Positions 1 through 9,749 of a stretch of 32,000 nucleotides of DNA are shown piece by piece. The stretch's first letter is position 1, and every line of letters starts with the position of its first letter. Made by a program: the position numbers and the translations under genes. Under the pieces are notes generated by a model. The model saw only the letters and a list, made by a program, of their open reading frames with translations. It was not told the DNA's origin and made no database searches. This DNA comes from Planctopirus limnophila DSM 3776. GTDB taxonomy: Bacteria; Planctomycetota; Planctomycetia; Planctomycetales; Planctomycetaceae. The stretch is from assembly GCF_000092105.1 (NCBI RefSeq), contig NC_014148.1:2520001-2552000 (forward strand), written 5' to 3'.

Positions 1-138
1 GCTCGTGCAGCCGAAGCGGGCTCAATCTTGCCAGCTGATGATTCAACTCAATGTCGCATGCCAAAAAGCGACATGTTGCAGGCAAGTATCGAAAATGTCA
101 TCCTTCCCGAATCTCAATTCAATCGAAGGGAAGCGGAC

Positions 139-615
139 ATGCCAACACATCGATTTCGAATGATTCCTGCATTTCTCATGGGGATCATCATCGGACTGAC
201 AGGATTCAGCCCACTGTTTGCAGAAGAACTATCCAGCGAAGAAGAGTGCCGTCAGGCCGTTCAACTCGCCATGAATGCTCTTCAGGAAGGCAATATCCGT
301 GAGTTTATTGCTGCTATTGAGAATTCCTCAGGTGAAGTGAACGAAGAAAAGCGACTTCGATTTGACGCCCTCACACAAAAGATCCATCAGGAAAAGATCA
401 AACTGGCAGCACGTTATGGCGAACCGCTCGGAAAAGTCGAATTGCTGAAGACTGAGAAAATCTCGGATCGATTCATCCGCTACACAGTTCTCGAATATCA
501 CGAACGCTCAGCAGCTGTCTTTCGCATCACTTATTACCGACCACGCGAAAACTGGACATTTCACTTCCTGAACTGGACTGACGATCTCAACTCGCTCTAC
601 GAGAAGGCTCCCTGA
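139..615 (+). CDS. hypothetical exported or membrane-anchored protein
   Basis: Lies in ORF 28..615. The internal ATG at 139 follows a purine-rich GAAGGGAAG stretch. The N-terminus MPTHRFRMIPAFLMGIIIGLTGFSPLFA is a signal/anchor-like hydrophobic segment. No catalytic motif recognised. Confidence 0.5.
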   Translation: MPTHRFRMIPAFLMGIIIGLTGFSPLFAEELSSEEECRQAVQLAMNALQEGNIREFIAAIENSSGEVNEEKRLRFDALTQKIHQEKIKLAARYGEPLGKVELLKTEKISDRFIRYTVLEYHERSAAVFRITYYRPRENWTFHFLNWTDDLNSLYEKAP

Positions 616-824
616 ACGTAATCCCATCACAATTGACGGCCTTCGAGACCACACAAAAGGCCTTCATCCGTGTGATTCGCCCTGTCCATTGGGCCAATCT
701 TTCAACAGCCAATTGAACGTCATGACGAGTTCTGTTTACATATTAGATTCATTCACATCGACGCTCGGCACGAAATCAAAGAATCTGATCTCAACAATCA
801 CATCTGATTATTAAGGGATATCGC

Positions 825-1991
825 ATGGGTGGAGGCGCACCTGCTGCGGCAGCCAAGTTCAGCACGATCCGATTGGGAGCGGGGGTCATCAAGGACTTCC
901 CGATTAACAAACTGTTTCGGGCCATGGTCGATCTCAACAGCTCCGACTTGCACTTGCAGGTGGGCAAGCCCGCGATTCTCCGCATCAAAGGGGCATTGAA
1001 ACCTCTGGATATGCCTCCCATCACCGAAGAGCAGATGAAGGAACTCTGCTGGCCGCTGATGGACGAACGCAACCAGGAGATCTTCATGAACACGGGCGGT
1101 GCCGACTATGCCCATGTCGTCGAGTACAAGGGTGAGCCGTGGCGTTTCCGCGTGAACATGTTCATCCAGACTGGGAAGGTAGGGATGGTCAGTCGTAAGA
1201 TCGAGCGGTCGATCCCCAACTTCGAGGGGTTGTACCTCCCGCCGATCATGGAGGATCTCTGCCGGTACGACCAGGGGATGGTGCTGCTCGCCGGCGTGAC
1301 GGGTTCGGGCAAATCGACCACCATCGCGTCGATGCTCGACTGGATCAATCACAACTTCGGCAAGCACATCCTGACGATCGAAGATCCCGTCGAATTCGTG
1401 TATACGGCCGACAAAAGCCTGATCAACCAGCGGGAAATCGGCCCCGATGTCTGCGATTTCCACACCGCGATGAAGCATGCCGTGCGGCAAGACCCCGACA
1501 TCATGCTGGTGGGTGAGTTGCGCGACCGGGACACGTTCGAGACCGCCATCCATGCGGCAGAAACGGGCCACCTTGTATACGGCACGATCCACGCCTCGTC
1601 GGCTCCCTCGACGATCGGCCGTATTCTCGACCTGTTCCCGCAAAGCATGCACTCGGCGATCCGTTCGTCGATGGGCTTCAACATGAAGGCGATCGTCGCC
1701 CAGAAGCTGCTCCCCACGATTCGCGACAAACCCAAGCGCGTCCCCATCTGCGAGGTAATGCTGTTCAACGGCACCGTCCGCAAGCTGATCCTCGAAGAGC
1801 AGGATGAAAAACTGCCCGCCGCCATGCGGATCGGCAAGGCCGACGGCATGCAGTTGTTCAACGACAGCCTGTACCACTTCATCACGCAGGAATACGTGAG
1901 CCGGGCGGAGGCTTTTGAGATCAGCCCCAACGTGGAAGAGCTCAAAATGATGCTCAAGGGGATCGATGTGAAGGGCCCCGGGATTCTATAA
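825..1991 (+). CDS. pilT: type IV pilus twitching-motility ATPase, PilT family
   Basis: 388 aa. Walker A is GVTGSGKSTT, followed by ILTIEDPVEF. Walker B/Asp box is DIMLVGELRD, and the His box is TGHLVYGTIH. This is typical PilT/PilU secretion-ATPase architecture. Confidence 0.9.
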   Translation: MGGGAPAAAAKFSTIRLGAGVIKDFPINKLFRAMVDLNSSDLHLQVGKPAILRIKGALKPLDMPPITEEQMKELCWPLMDERNQEIFMNTGGADYAHVVEYKGEPWRFRVNMFIQTGKVGMVSRKIERSIPNFEGLYLPPIMEDLCRYDQGMVLLAGVTGSGKSTTIASMLDWINHNFGKHILTIEDPVEFVYTADKSLINQREIGPDVCDFHTAMKHAVRQDPDIMLVGELRDRDTFETAIHAAETGHLVYGTIHASSAPSTIGRILDLFPQSMHSAIRSSMGFNMKAIVAQKLLPTIRDKPKRVPICEVMLFNGTVRKLILEEQDEKLPAAMRIGKADGMQLFNDSLYHFITQEYVSRAEAFEISPNVEELKMMLKGIDVKGPGIL

Positions 1992-2138
1992 GAGCTTCCA
2001 CATTCTTCACGATACAACGGCTTTTCATCTTTCGGCAGGCTGGCCAGGACATCATCCATTTCAAAATTGCGGCATCGCAATTGTCGAGATCACAACTTTC
2101 GAGATCAGAAATCAGTCATCGTCAGAGAGACGCAAAGC

Positions 2139-2579
2139 ATGTCTAAACTCTTTACGACCGTTCTCACCCCACTGTTTCCTCTTCTGCTGATATTAGGTGT
2201 TTTCCTGAATCCACAGAGTGCATCCGTGGCTCAGGAAAAAAAACCGCACCCGCAGGAGCAACTCGATACGACAATTGCCGAGATGATTCGCCTGTTACAG
2301 GAAAAGGAGCATAAAAAACTGATTCTGGAATTTTCGATTCCTGAGGAACTTGAGGTTCTCAAGCAGACGAATAACGTCGATGCCCTCTTTGATGCTTTTG
2401 CAAAAAATGGTGCCCCAAAACTTCTTAATGCTTTGAAAAAGGCCGCTGAACTCAAGCCCGTCATGAGTGAAGATGGCCTAGTCGCAGAGTTCATTTTTCC
2501 TGAAGAGATTAACGGGAATAAGAAAATGTTCTTCAAAAAAATCGACAAAAAGTGGTATCTGCAAAACCGCACAAGTTAA
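2139..2579 (+). CDS. hypothetical secreted protein (Lys/Glu-rich)
   Basis: Lies in ORF 2067..2579. The ATG at 2139 gives MSKLFTTVLTPLFPLLLILGVFLNPQSASVAQ, a classic signal peptide. No recognised domain. Confidence 0.55.
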   Translation: MSKLFTTVLTPLFPLLLILGVFLNPQSASVAQEKKPHPQEQLDTTIAEMIRLLQEKEHKKLILEFSIPEELEVLKQTNNVDALFDAFAKNGAPKLLNALKKAAELKPVMSEDGLVAEFIFPEEINGNKKMFFKKIDKKWYLQNRTS

Positions 2580-2660
2580 CCAACTGCCTCTCGCCCAAAC
2601 AACCTCTTTAACGTCATTTTATTGAGCTATAAAGCTTATCTTTAACACTGGATCGCTCCT

Positions 2661-3518
2661 GTGACCGTGACCCTTGAGACTGATCCACGCTTTGCCTTTG
2701 GTGCCAACTGGTGGAGATTTCTCTCTCGCCTGACCGAACCGCAAATCGCCACTGCTGAACAATCGATTCAAAAGCTGTTCCATCGCGAACGGCTGGATGG
2801 CCTGACGTTTCTCGATGTTGGCTCGGGGAGCGGGCTGTTCAGCCTGGCAGCAACTCGCTTAGGGGCCATTGTCACATCGATCGACTTTGATCCTCAGAGT
2901 GTGGCCTGTGCCGAGGAACTGAGACGCCGATATGGTTCGGGCAACGGGTGGACGATTCAGCAGGGCTCGGCTCGCGATCAAACGATGATGGCCAGCCTGG
3001 GGCAGTTCGACATCGTATACTCCTGGGGTGTACTCCATCACACAGGAGATATGTGGTCAGCCATTGCGATCACGGCACAGGCCACGAGGCCCGGTGGTCA
3101 CTTCTGCCTGTCTATCTACAACGATCAAGGCGCTGCCAGTGACCGCTGGAAGATTGTTAAACAGCTCTATGTGGCTTCACCTTCGTTCATCAGGCTGTTG
3201 ATCGTCCTCGCAGTAGTCGTGGCCTACGAATGCTATGCCATTCCCGTGAACCTCTTCCGCAGCCTGATGCTGGTGATCCGCCTCAAGAACCCGCTCCCCA
3301 TCTGGCAAGCCTGGTTCCAATCGCGGTTCGGCCAGAAAGAGCGCGGGATGTACTACTGGACCGACATGGTCGATTGGGTGGGCGGCTGGCCTTTCGAAGT
3401 AGCCAAACCCGAAGAAATCTTCCGGTTTTTGCGAGATCGAGGCTTCACGCTGTTTGAGATGAGGACTGTTGGCGGCCGACTGGGCTGCAATGAGTTTGTC
3501 TTCCGCCGCAATGACTAA
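2661..3518 (+). CDS. class I SAM-dependent methyltransferase with hydrophobic C-terminal half
   Basis: GTG start. SAM-binding motif I is FLDVGSGSGLFSLAA, followed by an acidic IDFD (motif II-like) and SWGVLHH. A hydrophobic stretch FIRLLIVLAVVVAYECYAIPV follows. Confidence 0.8.
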   Translation: MTVTLETDPRFAFGANWWRFLSRLTEPQIATAEQSIQKLFHRERLDGLTFLDVGSGSGLFSLAATRLGAIVTSIDFDPQSVACAEELRRRYGSGNGWTIQQGSARDQTMMASLGQFDIVYSWGVLHHTGDMWSAIAITAQATRPGGHFCLSIYNDQGAASDRWKIVKQLYVASPSFIRLLIVLAVVVAYECYAIPVNLFRSLMLVIRLKNPLPIWQAWFQSRFGQKERGMYYWTDMVDWVGGWPFEVAKPEEIFRFLRDRGFTLFEMRTVGGRLGCNEFVFRRND

Positions 3519-3554
3519 ACCGATCGGATCGCTATCCGCTGGTCAGTTCCGAGG

Positions 3555-4478
3555 TCACTCCTGAAAATCCGATAGTCGGCGACGGAGTTCCTGTGGCACC
3601 AGATGTCCGGCATTGAGATCGTCAAGGTAAGCCGCTGCGTTGGCTGCCAGCTCATCGTCTTCACAGGCACTCACCAGTTTGGTGAATCCACTCTCTTCTT
3701 TGAGATAGGCATGTGCCCATGCCGATTCCAACTGCACTTCCATCTCGGGATGCTGATCAGCCAATTCAAAAAGTGCAGGGCGGTAGGACGCACTGATAAA
3801 TGGAATGGCACTGGCAGCCGCCTTGCCTGCCACACTTCGGCTTTCCAACGGTGCTGCGGCATCCAGCCATTCCGAAAGTCGCTGGATTCCTTCCGGCGAA
3901 TCATAAGGATGCGTCAGAATCTGATCGGCTCTTGCCAGTTGATTCAGCCAGAACAAACTGGCGATAGCCGCTGTATCCTCTGTCGATTTTGGGGAGAGCA
4001 GTTTGACGAGCTTCGGGATAATCGGATCCTGTTCTCTCGGCCACTGAATAAAGCCATCCCAAACCCAGAGATTGCAAAGCCTGGCATCGCCGCTGGCAGC
4101 CACAATCGTATCCCAGCCTTCGGATGTCCCAAAGCGGGAAAAGAGCATCAGCAGATAACCCAGCAGGTCATCATCGGAAGGGATCTTCTCAGAGATTTTT
4201 TCAAAAATATCGAGCAGGTGGGGCATTGCATGCCGGGCGAGATACATGAAAGCCTGAGTCGTCTCGATCCGCTCGAAAGCGACCAGAAGAGCCCGCACAT
4301 CACCAAATTCAATCAATTGATCTTTCAGCCATTGTGCCTGCCGCTCCAGCAATGAGACCACTAAGGCTGCATCTGCAATCGTGGTGATTGCCGCTTCCGC
4401 AATTTCGGCTGCCGGGAATTCACCGCCATCATCCAGCCATTCATTGCAAAGTGCCTGCCACGTTGGCCTAGACATCAT
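3555..4478 (-). CDS. hypothetical all-alpha (helical-repeat-like) protein
   Basis: 307-aa ORF. Its start ATG overlaps the stop of the upstream mini-ORF (ATGA overlap at 4475-4478). The composition is helix-rich and acidic, with no motif I can name. Confidence 0.6.
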   Translation of the reverse strand: MMSRPTWQALCNEWLDDGGEFPAAEIAEAAITTIADAALVVSLLERQAQWLKDQLIEFGDVRALLVAFERIETTQAFMYLARHAMPHLLDIFEKISEKIPSDDDLLGYLLMLFSRFGTSEGWDTIVAASGDARLCNLWVWDGFIQWPREQDPIIPKLVKLLSPKSTEDTAAIASLFWLNQLARADQILTHPYDSPEGIQRLSEWLDAAAPLESRSVAGKAAASAIPFISASYRPALFELADQHPEMEVQLESAWAHAYLKEESGFTKLVSACEDDELAANAAAYLDDLNAGHLVPQELRRRLSDFQE

Positions 4479-4687
4479 TCCACCCCCGCATCTCTTCCAC
4501 CCTTCGGGTAATTGTTGAGCCCGTCCGGCTGAATTCTTACTTGAAAACCTGAACAGGACAATCGCGGTTGTGGAGGATACTTGGCATAAGCGAGATCTTG
4601 CTGATGGCGAGTGCAGAGCCAGAAGACAGATTGTCTCCCGGAAACGATCTTTCGAACATGTTCACAGTCGTGACATAAACTCTTCAA
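4475..4687 (-). CDS. small Cys-rich protein (CxxC...C...C, KYPPQP motif), probable zinc-binding
   Basis: 70-aa ORF with an apparent TTG start. It contains CHDCEH...FWLC...KYPPQPRLSC. It is translationally coupled (4-nt overlap) to the downstream 307-aa gene. The start codon is uncertain. Confidence 0.5.
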   Translation of the reverse strand: MKSLCHDCEHVRKIVSGRQSVFWLCTRHQQDLAYAKYPPQPRLSCSGFQVRIQPDGLNNYPKGGRDAGVE

Positions 4688-4864
4688 AATTCAGCAGTCT
4701 CCCACTCAGGGCTGGCGAACCCATCGATTTTGAACCGTAATTGGAACCGAACGCCGCATCACGATCTACCGACGGCACAAATTTCCTGCCGAAAAATGAC
4801 AAACCACTTCCGCCCATGGCTTTTGGCTCGAGTTGTGGCGATGTTCATAATCTTTGTGTAAGGG

Positions 4865-5383
4865 ATGCCCAATTTCCCTGCAAAACTCATATCATTCACG
4901 CTCAATTTCATGGATCCGTCAGTCTGGGAGTATCTGTTGACCAGTCAGGAACAATCACCAGATAAAGAACGCATCGCCCTGGCAATTCAACAGCCCTGGG
5001 CCGAACTGATTCTTCAGGGGAAGAAAACGATTGAAATCCGCTCGACCATGACGAATCAGCGAGGTCGCTTCTACGTTTATGCATCCCGAAAGCCCTCTCA
5101 GCTTCCTTGCGCTCTGGTCGCAGCCGCTGAGCACCATCTTGAAATCGAACAACTCCCGAAAGGGGTGATCCTGGGGACAGTCGAATTGATGGATGCTCGA
5201 TCAGCTAAGGCGTCTGATGCTCTTGCGGCCTGCGTCCCGCCAGAACTTCTCGTTAACCGGCAAGCCTGGATTCTGCAGAATCCTTTCCGGCTCCCGCAGG
5301 AACTGTCACCGCGATTTCTCCCCTATGGCATCTGGTTCTACCCTTTCCAAAGGAAGCCGGCAGCGGGGGACTCACTGCGATAG
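4865..5383 (+). CDS. ASCH (PUA-like) domain protein
   Basis: IALAIQQPWAELILQGKKTIEIRS...RGRFYVYAS matches the ASCH-family N-terminal beta-barrel signature. An alternative ATG lies at 4910. Confidence 0.65.
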   Translation: MPNFPAKLISFTLNFMDPSVWEYLLTSQEQSPDKERIALAIQQPWAELILQGKKTIEIRSTMTNQRGRFYVYASRKPSQLPCALVAAAEHHLEIEQLPKGVILGTVELMDARSAKASDALAACVPPELLVNRQAWILQNPFRLPQELSPRFLPYGIWFYPFQRKPAAGDSLR

Positions 5384-5416
5384 ACTCCGTATCGAACTGA
5401 TCATGATGTGCACTGA

Positions 5417-6442
5417 ATGACCCCAACAAAGCAAAAAAATCTCGACAGGCTGATTCTCGAAATGAACTCTCCGACCTTCGCTGTCAATACACCCATCGCC
5501 TGGCTGAATGGCCAATATCTTCTCGAATCAGCCGCTGCGCTTCCCGTAACGGATCTGGGGGTTGTTGGTGGTCTGGCGGTTTCCGAAATGTCGCGCACCT
5601 TTGCCGGTCAGATTTTTCGATTGACTGATCACCTCGAACGACTGCGACAATCTTTGAAATTTGTCGAAATTGCGTTGCCCTGTTCTGAGAGTCAAATTTT
5701 CGAGATCTGCACGCGGGTGGTCACCCACAACTTCAAGGTCGTTAACACTCCAGAAGTCATCGATTCGAAAGAGATTCCGCAGGAATTAGGGGTCGTGATC
5801 TTCGTCACCGCCGGGCCAAATCCCACCTACACGGGACAGGAGTATGCCAGGCAACATGGCCCGAGTGTAGGTATCCACACCTTCTGCCTGAGGCGACAGG
5901 CTTACCACGCGATGTACCGGGATGGGGTCTCCCTCGTCTGCCCGCCAGTTCAAGCCTTACCTGCGGAGATTGTTCCCCGAACCATCAAATCAAGAAGCCG
6001 TATGCACTGGCGGATGGGTGAACTTGCTGCGCGAAAAATTGACCCGCACGCCTTCAGTATTCTTGCTGATGACGATGGTTCATTGACCGAAACTGCTGCT
6101 GGGAATCTGGTTGTCATTCAAAACAACTGCGCCATCTCCCCACCCGAAGGCCAGGCACTCGAAGGGATCAGCCTGAAGGCGACACTGGAGTTTTGTCAGC
6201 GCTCCGGACTTACGGTCGAACGTCGAAAAATCTGGCCTAAAGATCTCATGATGGCTCAGGAGGCATGGCTCACCAGTACTCCCTTCGGGATGGTTCCGGT
6301 CACCCGGTTTGATGGGCATACGATCGGCGCAGGACCAAAAGGCCCGTGGTACCAGAAGATTCTCCATCAATGGAGCCAAACCACTGGTTCCGACCTTGCC
6401 CTATGGCTTGGCGGTGAGAATACGGCTGGCCTAGAAAATTAA
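5417..6442 (+). CDS. class IV (fold type IV) aminotransferase family protein (BCAT / D-aa AT / ADC-lyase like)
   Basis: 341 aa. Family-like motifs are [16 protein letters not shown] (E-x-x-x-x-N-hydrophobic) and [13 protein letters not shown] (G-I-T/S). Length and overall layout fit the family. Substrate not assignable. Confidence 0.7.
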   Translation: MTPTKQKNLDRLILEMNSPTFAVNTPIAWLNGQYLLESAAALPVTDLGVVGGLAVSEMSRTFAGQIFRLTDHLERLRQSLKFVEIALPCSESQIFEICTRVVTHNFKVVNTPEVIDSKEIPQELGVVIFVTAGPNPTYTGQEYARQHGPSVGIHTFCLRRQAYHAMYRDGVSLVCPPVQALPAEIVPRTIKSRSRMHWRMGELAARKIDPHAFSILADDDGSLTETAAGNLVVIQNNCAISPPEGQALEGISLKATLEFCQRSGLTVERRKIWPKDLMMAQEAWLTSTPFGMVPVTRFDGHTIGAGPKGPWYQKILHQWSQTTGSDLALWLGGENTAGLEN

Positions 6443-7827
6443 GTTGACTCCAGTTTCTGTTTCCACTTGGCGACCTGCTGGGCGACGGATGCCGTTCCCC
6501 CCGAACCTTCACTGCGGAAGCGGCGGACAGCATTCACCACACCCAACGCTTCGAACACATCCTGTTCGACCTGTGGTGCAATCGACTGAAAATCAGCCAG
6601 AGGCAACTGCGCCAGCGTGCAGGACTTCGATTCCGCGAGCCTCACGAGCTTGCCCACAGTCTCATGGCCTGTCCGCATGGGGACACCCTTCTGGATCAGA
6701 TACTCCATGAGCGTCGTTGCATCCAGAAACCCTTCTTCAATGCGGGCCGAGATCGTCTCTTTTTTCAGTTCGGCGTGCTCAACAATAGCAGCAGCCAGTT
6801 CGAGACTCGCCTCAACCTGATCGAGGGCATCGAACAAGGCCACCTTGTCTTCCTGCAGATCGCGATTGTACGCCAGGGGCAGGCCCTTAATGAGCACGAG
6901 GACATGCTGCAGATCACCGACCACTCGGCCTGCTTTTCCGCGAATCAGCTCCAGTACATCGGGATTTCTCTTTTGAGGCATGATCGATGAACCGGTCGTG
7001 TAGGCATTCGGCAATTTGATGAAGCCAAACTCGGTCGTACACCACAGAATCCATTCTTCGGCCCAGTTGCTCAAATGCGTGGCGATCAAAGTGAGATCAA
7101 AAACGGTCTCGGCGACAAAGTCGCGATCGCTGGAAACATCCAAACTATTGGCAGCCGGCCGGTCGAATCCCAAGAGTTCGGCTGTTCGCTGACGGTTAAT
7201 CGGCAACGTTGTACCAGCCAGAGCAGCGGCCCCCAGCGGAGATTCATTGAGGCGCACGCGAGCATCCCGCAGGCGAGTTCGATCACGCTCAAATTTCTCG
7301 CACCAGGCACACCAATACTGTGAGGCAAGCACTGGCTGAGCACGCTGCAGATGCGTGTAGCCGGGCAAAATTACCCCCTCATCTCGCTCCGCACGCCCAA
7401 TAAACGCCCGCTGCAGTTCAACAAGCAATCCATCAAGCCGATCCATCGCGTCTCGTACATAAAGTTTGAGATCGGTTGCCACCTGATCATTGCGACTTCG
7501 GCCCGTGTGCAGCTTGCGACCGGTATCTCCCAACCGTTCGATCAAAGCCGACTCGATATGCATGTGGATGTCTTCCAGTTCGATTCGAAAGGGAAATTTC
7601 CCTGCGAGAATCGTGGCCAGAATCTCATCGAGTGCGGCGTGAATCTGGTTCTTTTCCTGCTCGCTGATCAGGCCGACTTCCGAGAGCATCTGCGAGTGAG
7701 CCTTCGAACCGCGAACATCGACCTCTGCGAGCCGGGCGTCGAAGCTGATCGATTCGGTGAAACGTTCCACGCGAGGATCCGTCTGCCCATCAAATGCACC
7801 ACCCCAAGCTTTAGCTGCCACGTTCAC
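6439..7827 (-). CDS. argH: argininosuccinate lyase
   Basis: 462 aa. The fumarate-lyase signature is [24 protein letters not shown] and YTHLQRAQP blocks are also present. It converges on the aminotransferase gene with a 4-nt overlap. Confidence 0.95.
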   Translation of the reverse strand: MNVAAKAWGGAFDGQTDPRVERFTESISFDARLAEVDVRGSKAHSQMLSEVGLISEQEKNQIHAALDEILATILAGKFPFRIELEDIHMHIESALIERLGDTGRKLHTGRSRNDQVATDLKLYVRDAMDRLDGLLVELQRAFIGRAERDEGVILPGYTHLQRAQPVLASQYWCAWCEKFERDRTRLRDARVRLNESPLGAAALAGTTLPINRQRTAELLGFDRPAANSLDVSSDRDFVAETVFDLTLIATHLSNWAEEWILWCTTEFGFIKLPNAYTTGSSIMPQKRNPDVLELIRGKAGRVVGDLQHVLVLIKGLPLAYNRDLQEDKVALFDALDQVEASLELAAAIVEHAELKKETISARIEEGFLDATTLMEYLIQKGVPMRTGHETVGKLVRLAESKSCTLAQLPLADFQSIAPQVEQDVFEALGVVNAVRRFRSEGSGGTASVAQQVAKWKQKLEST

Positions 7828-8168
7828 TTCTTTCGACTGCCAGAATGAGTATTAACAACCCGAGCCTGCTGGCGAACCTTCGGATGGGGTTCGCTGGAAA
7901 TGACCGATTGGTCAAGTTGATTCACTTCTCAGGTTCATTTGCCATCTTAGCGGGTGGCAAGGCACTTTTCCCCCGGACGACCACAGCACATTCGAAGCTC
8001 ATTCGCCGACTCAAAGCACTTCAATTCCTGACCCGATGTGGCAAAAAATCAACGGAAAACTGGTTCAATCAGAATTTGTGGCTCCCCAACAGCTGTAAGA
8101 ATGGGTAATTTAGGTGAAATCTGTTTGACAAACTTCAGAACATCATTTCGTGAGTGGATCTCCACCAA

Positions 8169-8987
8169 ATGTATCATAACCTTCTGTGCTGCATAACTTT
8201 GTGCACGACTACACTTCTCTGGGCACAGCTTCCAGCTCAGGAAGTTGCTCCCGAAATCGCTCCTCAACCAGTCGTGGCACCACTCACACCGGCTCCCGTG
8301 CTGGTCGCTCCTGTTCTGCCTGACGCGATCTCATCACCACCAGCGTCCATCGCAAATTTACCGGCCATTGCTCCTGAAAATCAGCCAGTAGCCCCTCTTA
8401 CGAATCAGGTCGGCTCACCATCAAAAGAAATGTCCCCAACGAACATTGTCACGGTGAACTACACACCAGATGGTTCTGCCGTCCATACGTTCGGTGCAGG
8501 GACTGCTTCCGCCTGGACAGTCACCATAACTCCAGGATTCCCATCGACTTCTGGATTGTCATCCCTCCCGGGCCGATTTGCTCCGAATATGCTGATGCCC
8601 CCAGCACCGGCGGCTCAATCAACACCTGCTGGCAGCGAAAATACTCCGGCGGTTGCCGACCAGAGCTGCCTTAACTGCGATGTGCCTCATGCAGGGGCCG
8701 GCGCGCTGACGGGCGTGATTCGAGCCCATCACTACACCGAAGTGTACAATCAGATCCCTTTCAGTCGCTCGGAATACGATGCCAATCCTGCGTATCGCCA
8801 TGATGCCACCATGGAACTGTTGCTGGGCCAGATCCGGCCAGTCACCTACCAGACAACCAATGTGAACGTCGCCACGGGCGGCTGGAGTCCATGGATCAAT
8901 TATTACCGAGGTTTCTGGGGTTACCCTTGGGGTTATCAGCCTTTCGGTTACTATGCACCCAGATATCGGACATACGTCCGCTGGTAG
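8169..8987 (+). CDS. hypothetical secreted proline-rich protein with aromatic/Gly-rich C-terminal tail
   Basis: Lies in ORF 8154..8987 with an ATG at 8169. The signal-like N-terminus is MYHNLLCCITLCTTTLLWAQLPAQE. A long P/A/V-rich low-complexity region follows. The C-terminus is YYRGFWGYPWGYQPFGYYAPRYRTYVRW. Confidence 0.55.
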   Translation: MYHNLLCCITLCTTTLLWAQLPAQEVAPEIAPQPVVAPLTPAPVLVAPVLPDAISSPPASIANLPAIAPENQPVAPLTNQVGSPSKEMSPTNIVTVNYTPDGSAVHTFGAGTASAWTVTITPGFPSTSGLSSLPGRFAPNMLMPPAPAAQSTPAGSENTPAVADQSCLNCDVPHAGAGALTGVIRAHHYTEVYNQIPFSRSEYDANPAYRHDATMELLLGQIRPVTYQTTNVNVATGGWSPWINYYRGFWGYPWGYQPFGYYAPRYRTYVRW

Positions 8988-9014
8988 ACTGCAAAGTGAT
9001 CGAAGGATCTCGGG

Positions 9015-9749
9015 ATGGCTCTGGATCATCAGAAAGCAAGTACTGCTCCTCCACAAAAAAAAATATCGCCACCCTGTGTGGTGCTGGTGAGTGGTGGGCT
9101 GGATTCCGCCACAATTCTTGCCATGGCCAAAGCGCAGGGGTTTTCTCCCTTTGCGATCTCATTTGATTACGGCCAGCGGCACCGCTTTGAATTGGAAGCC
9201 GCTGAGAAAGTCTGCCAGGCGCAGGGCGTCGCCCGGCATGTCGTCATTCCCCTCGACATGCGATCGATCGGGGGCTCAGCCCTCACCGCCAATATCGATG
9301 TCCCCAAGGACCGCTCGGAAGCCGAATTGACCAGCGGCATTCCCATCACCTACGTTCCCGCCCGAAACACGGTCTTCCTCTCGATTGCCTTAGGCTGGGC
9401 CGAAGTGATCGGGGCACAGGATTTGTTTGTAGGTGTGAACGCCGTGGATTACAGCGGCTACCCCGATTGCCGACCGGAATTTGTAGCCGCTTTTGAGAAG
9501 CTGGCGAACCTCGCCACCCAAACCGGCGTCGAAGGCCAGCCCTGGAAAATCCATGCACCATTAATTCACCTCACGAAGGCTGAAATCATCCGGCAGGGAG
9601 TCGCCCTGGGTGTCGATTACTCTTTAACTCATAGCTGCTATGATCCAACTCCCACAGGACTTTCCTGCGGCCACTGTGACTCCTGTCTGATTCGCAAGAA
9701 GGGGTTCCTCGAAGCACATATTCCAGATCCCACCCGTTATGCCGACTGA
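9015..9749 (+). CDS. queC: 7-cyano-7-deazaguanine (preQ0) synthase
   Basis: PP-loop motif [13 protein letters not shown]-terminal zinc cluster C..CGHCDSC. The length (244 aa) is typical. Confidence 0.92.
   Translation: MALDHQKASTAPPQKKISPPCVVLVSGGLDSATILAMAKAQGFSPFAISFDYGQRHRFELEAAEKVCQAQGVARHVVIPLDMRSIGGSALTANIDVPKDRSEAELTSGIPITYVPARNTVFLSIALGWAEVIGAQDLFVGVNAVDYSGYPDCRPEFVAAFEKLANLATQTGVEGQPWKIHAPLIHLTKAEIIRQGVALGVDYSLTHSCYDPTPTGLSCGHCDSCLIRKKGFLEAHIPDPTRYAD

Noticed and set aside
798-1877. 359-aa minus-strand ORF (with the 1349..2080 and 791..1093 ORFs) antisense to pilT
   Set aside because: It lies entirely inside the strongly supported pilT frame. Its composition is biased toward Arg, Gly, Asp and His, with no motifs. 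This is a typical shadow ORF of a GC-biased gene.
3603-4355. 250-aa plus-strand ORF antisense to the 307-aa helical protein gene
   Set aside because: The translation is Cys/Arg/Gln-rich and looks non-protein-like. The minus-strand frame has the translational coupling signal and a more protein-like composition.
7845-8108. 87-aa plus-strand ORF in the argH upstream intergenic region
   Set aside because: It has no RBS, a basic low-complexity translation and no signal or motif. It is more likely non-coding promoter or UTR sequence.
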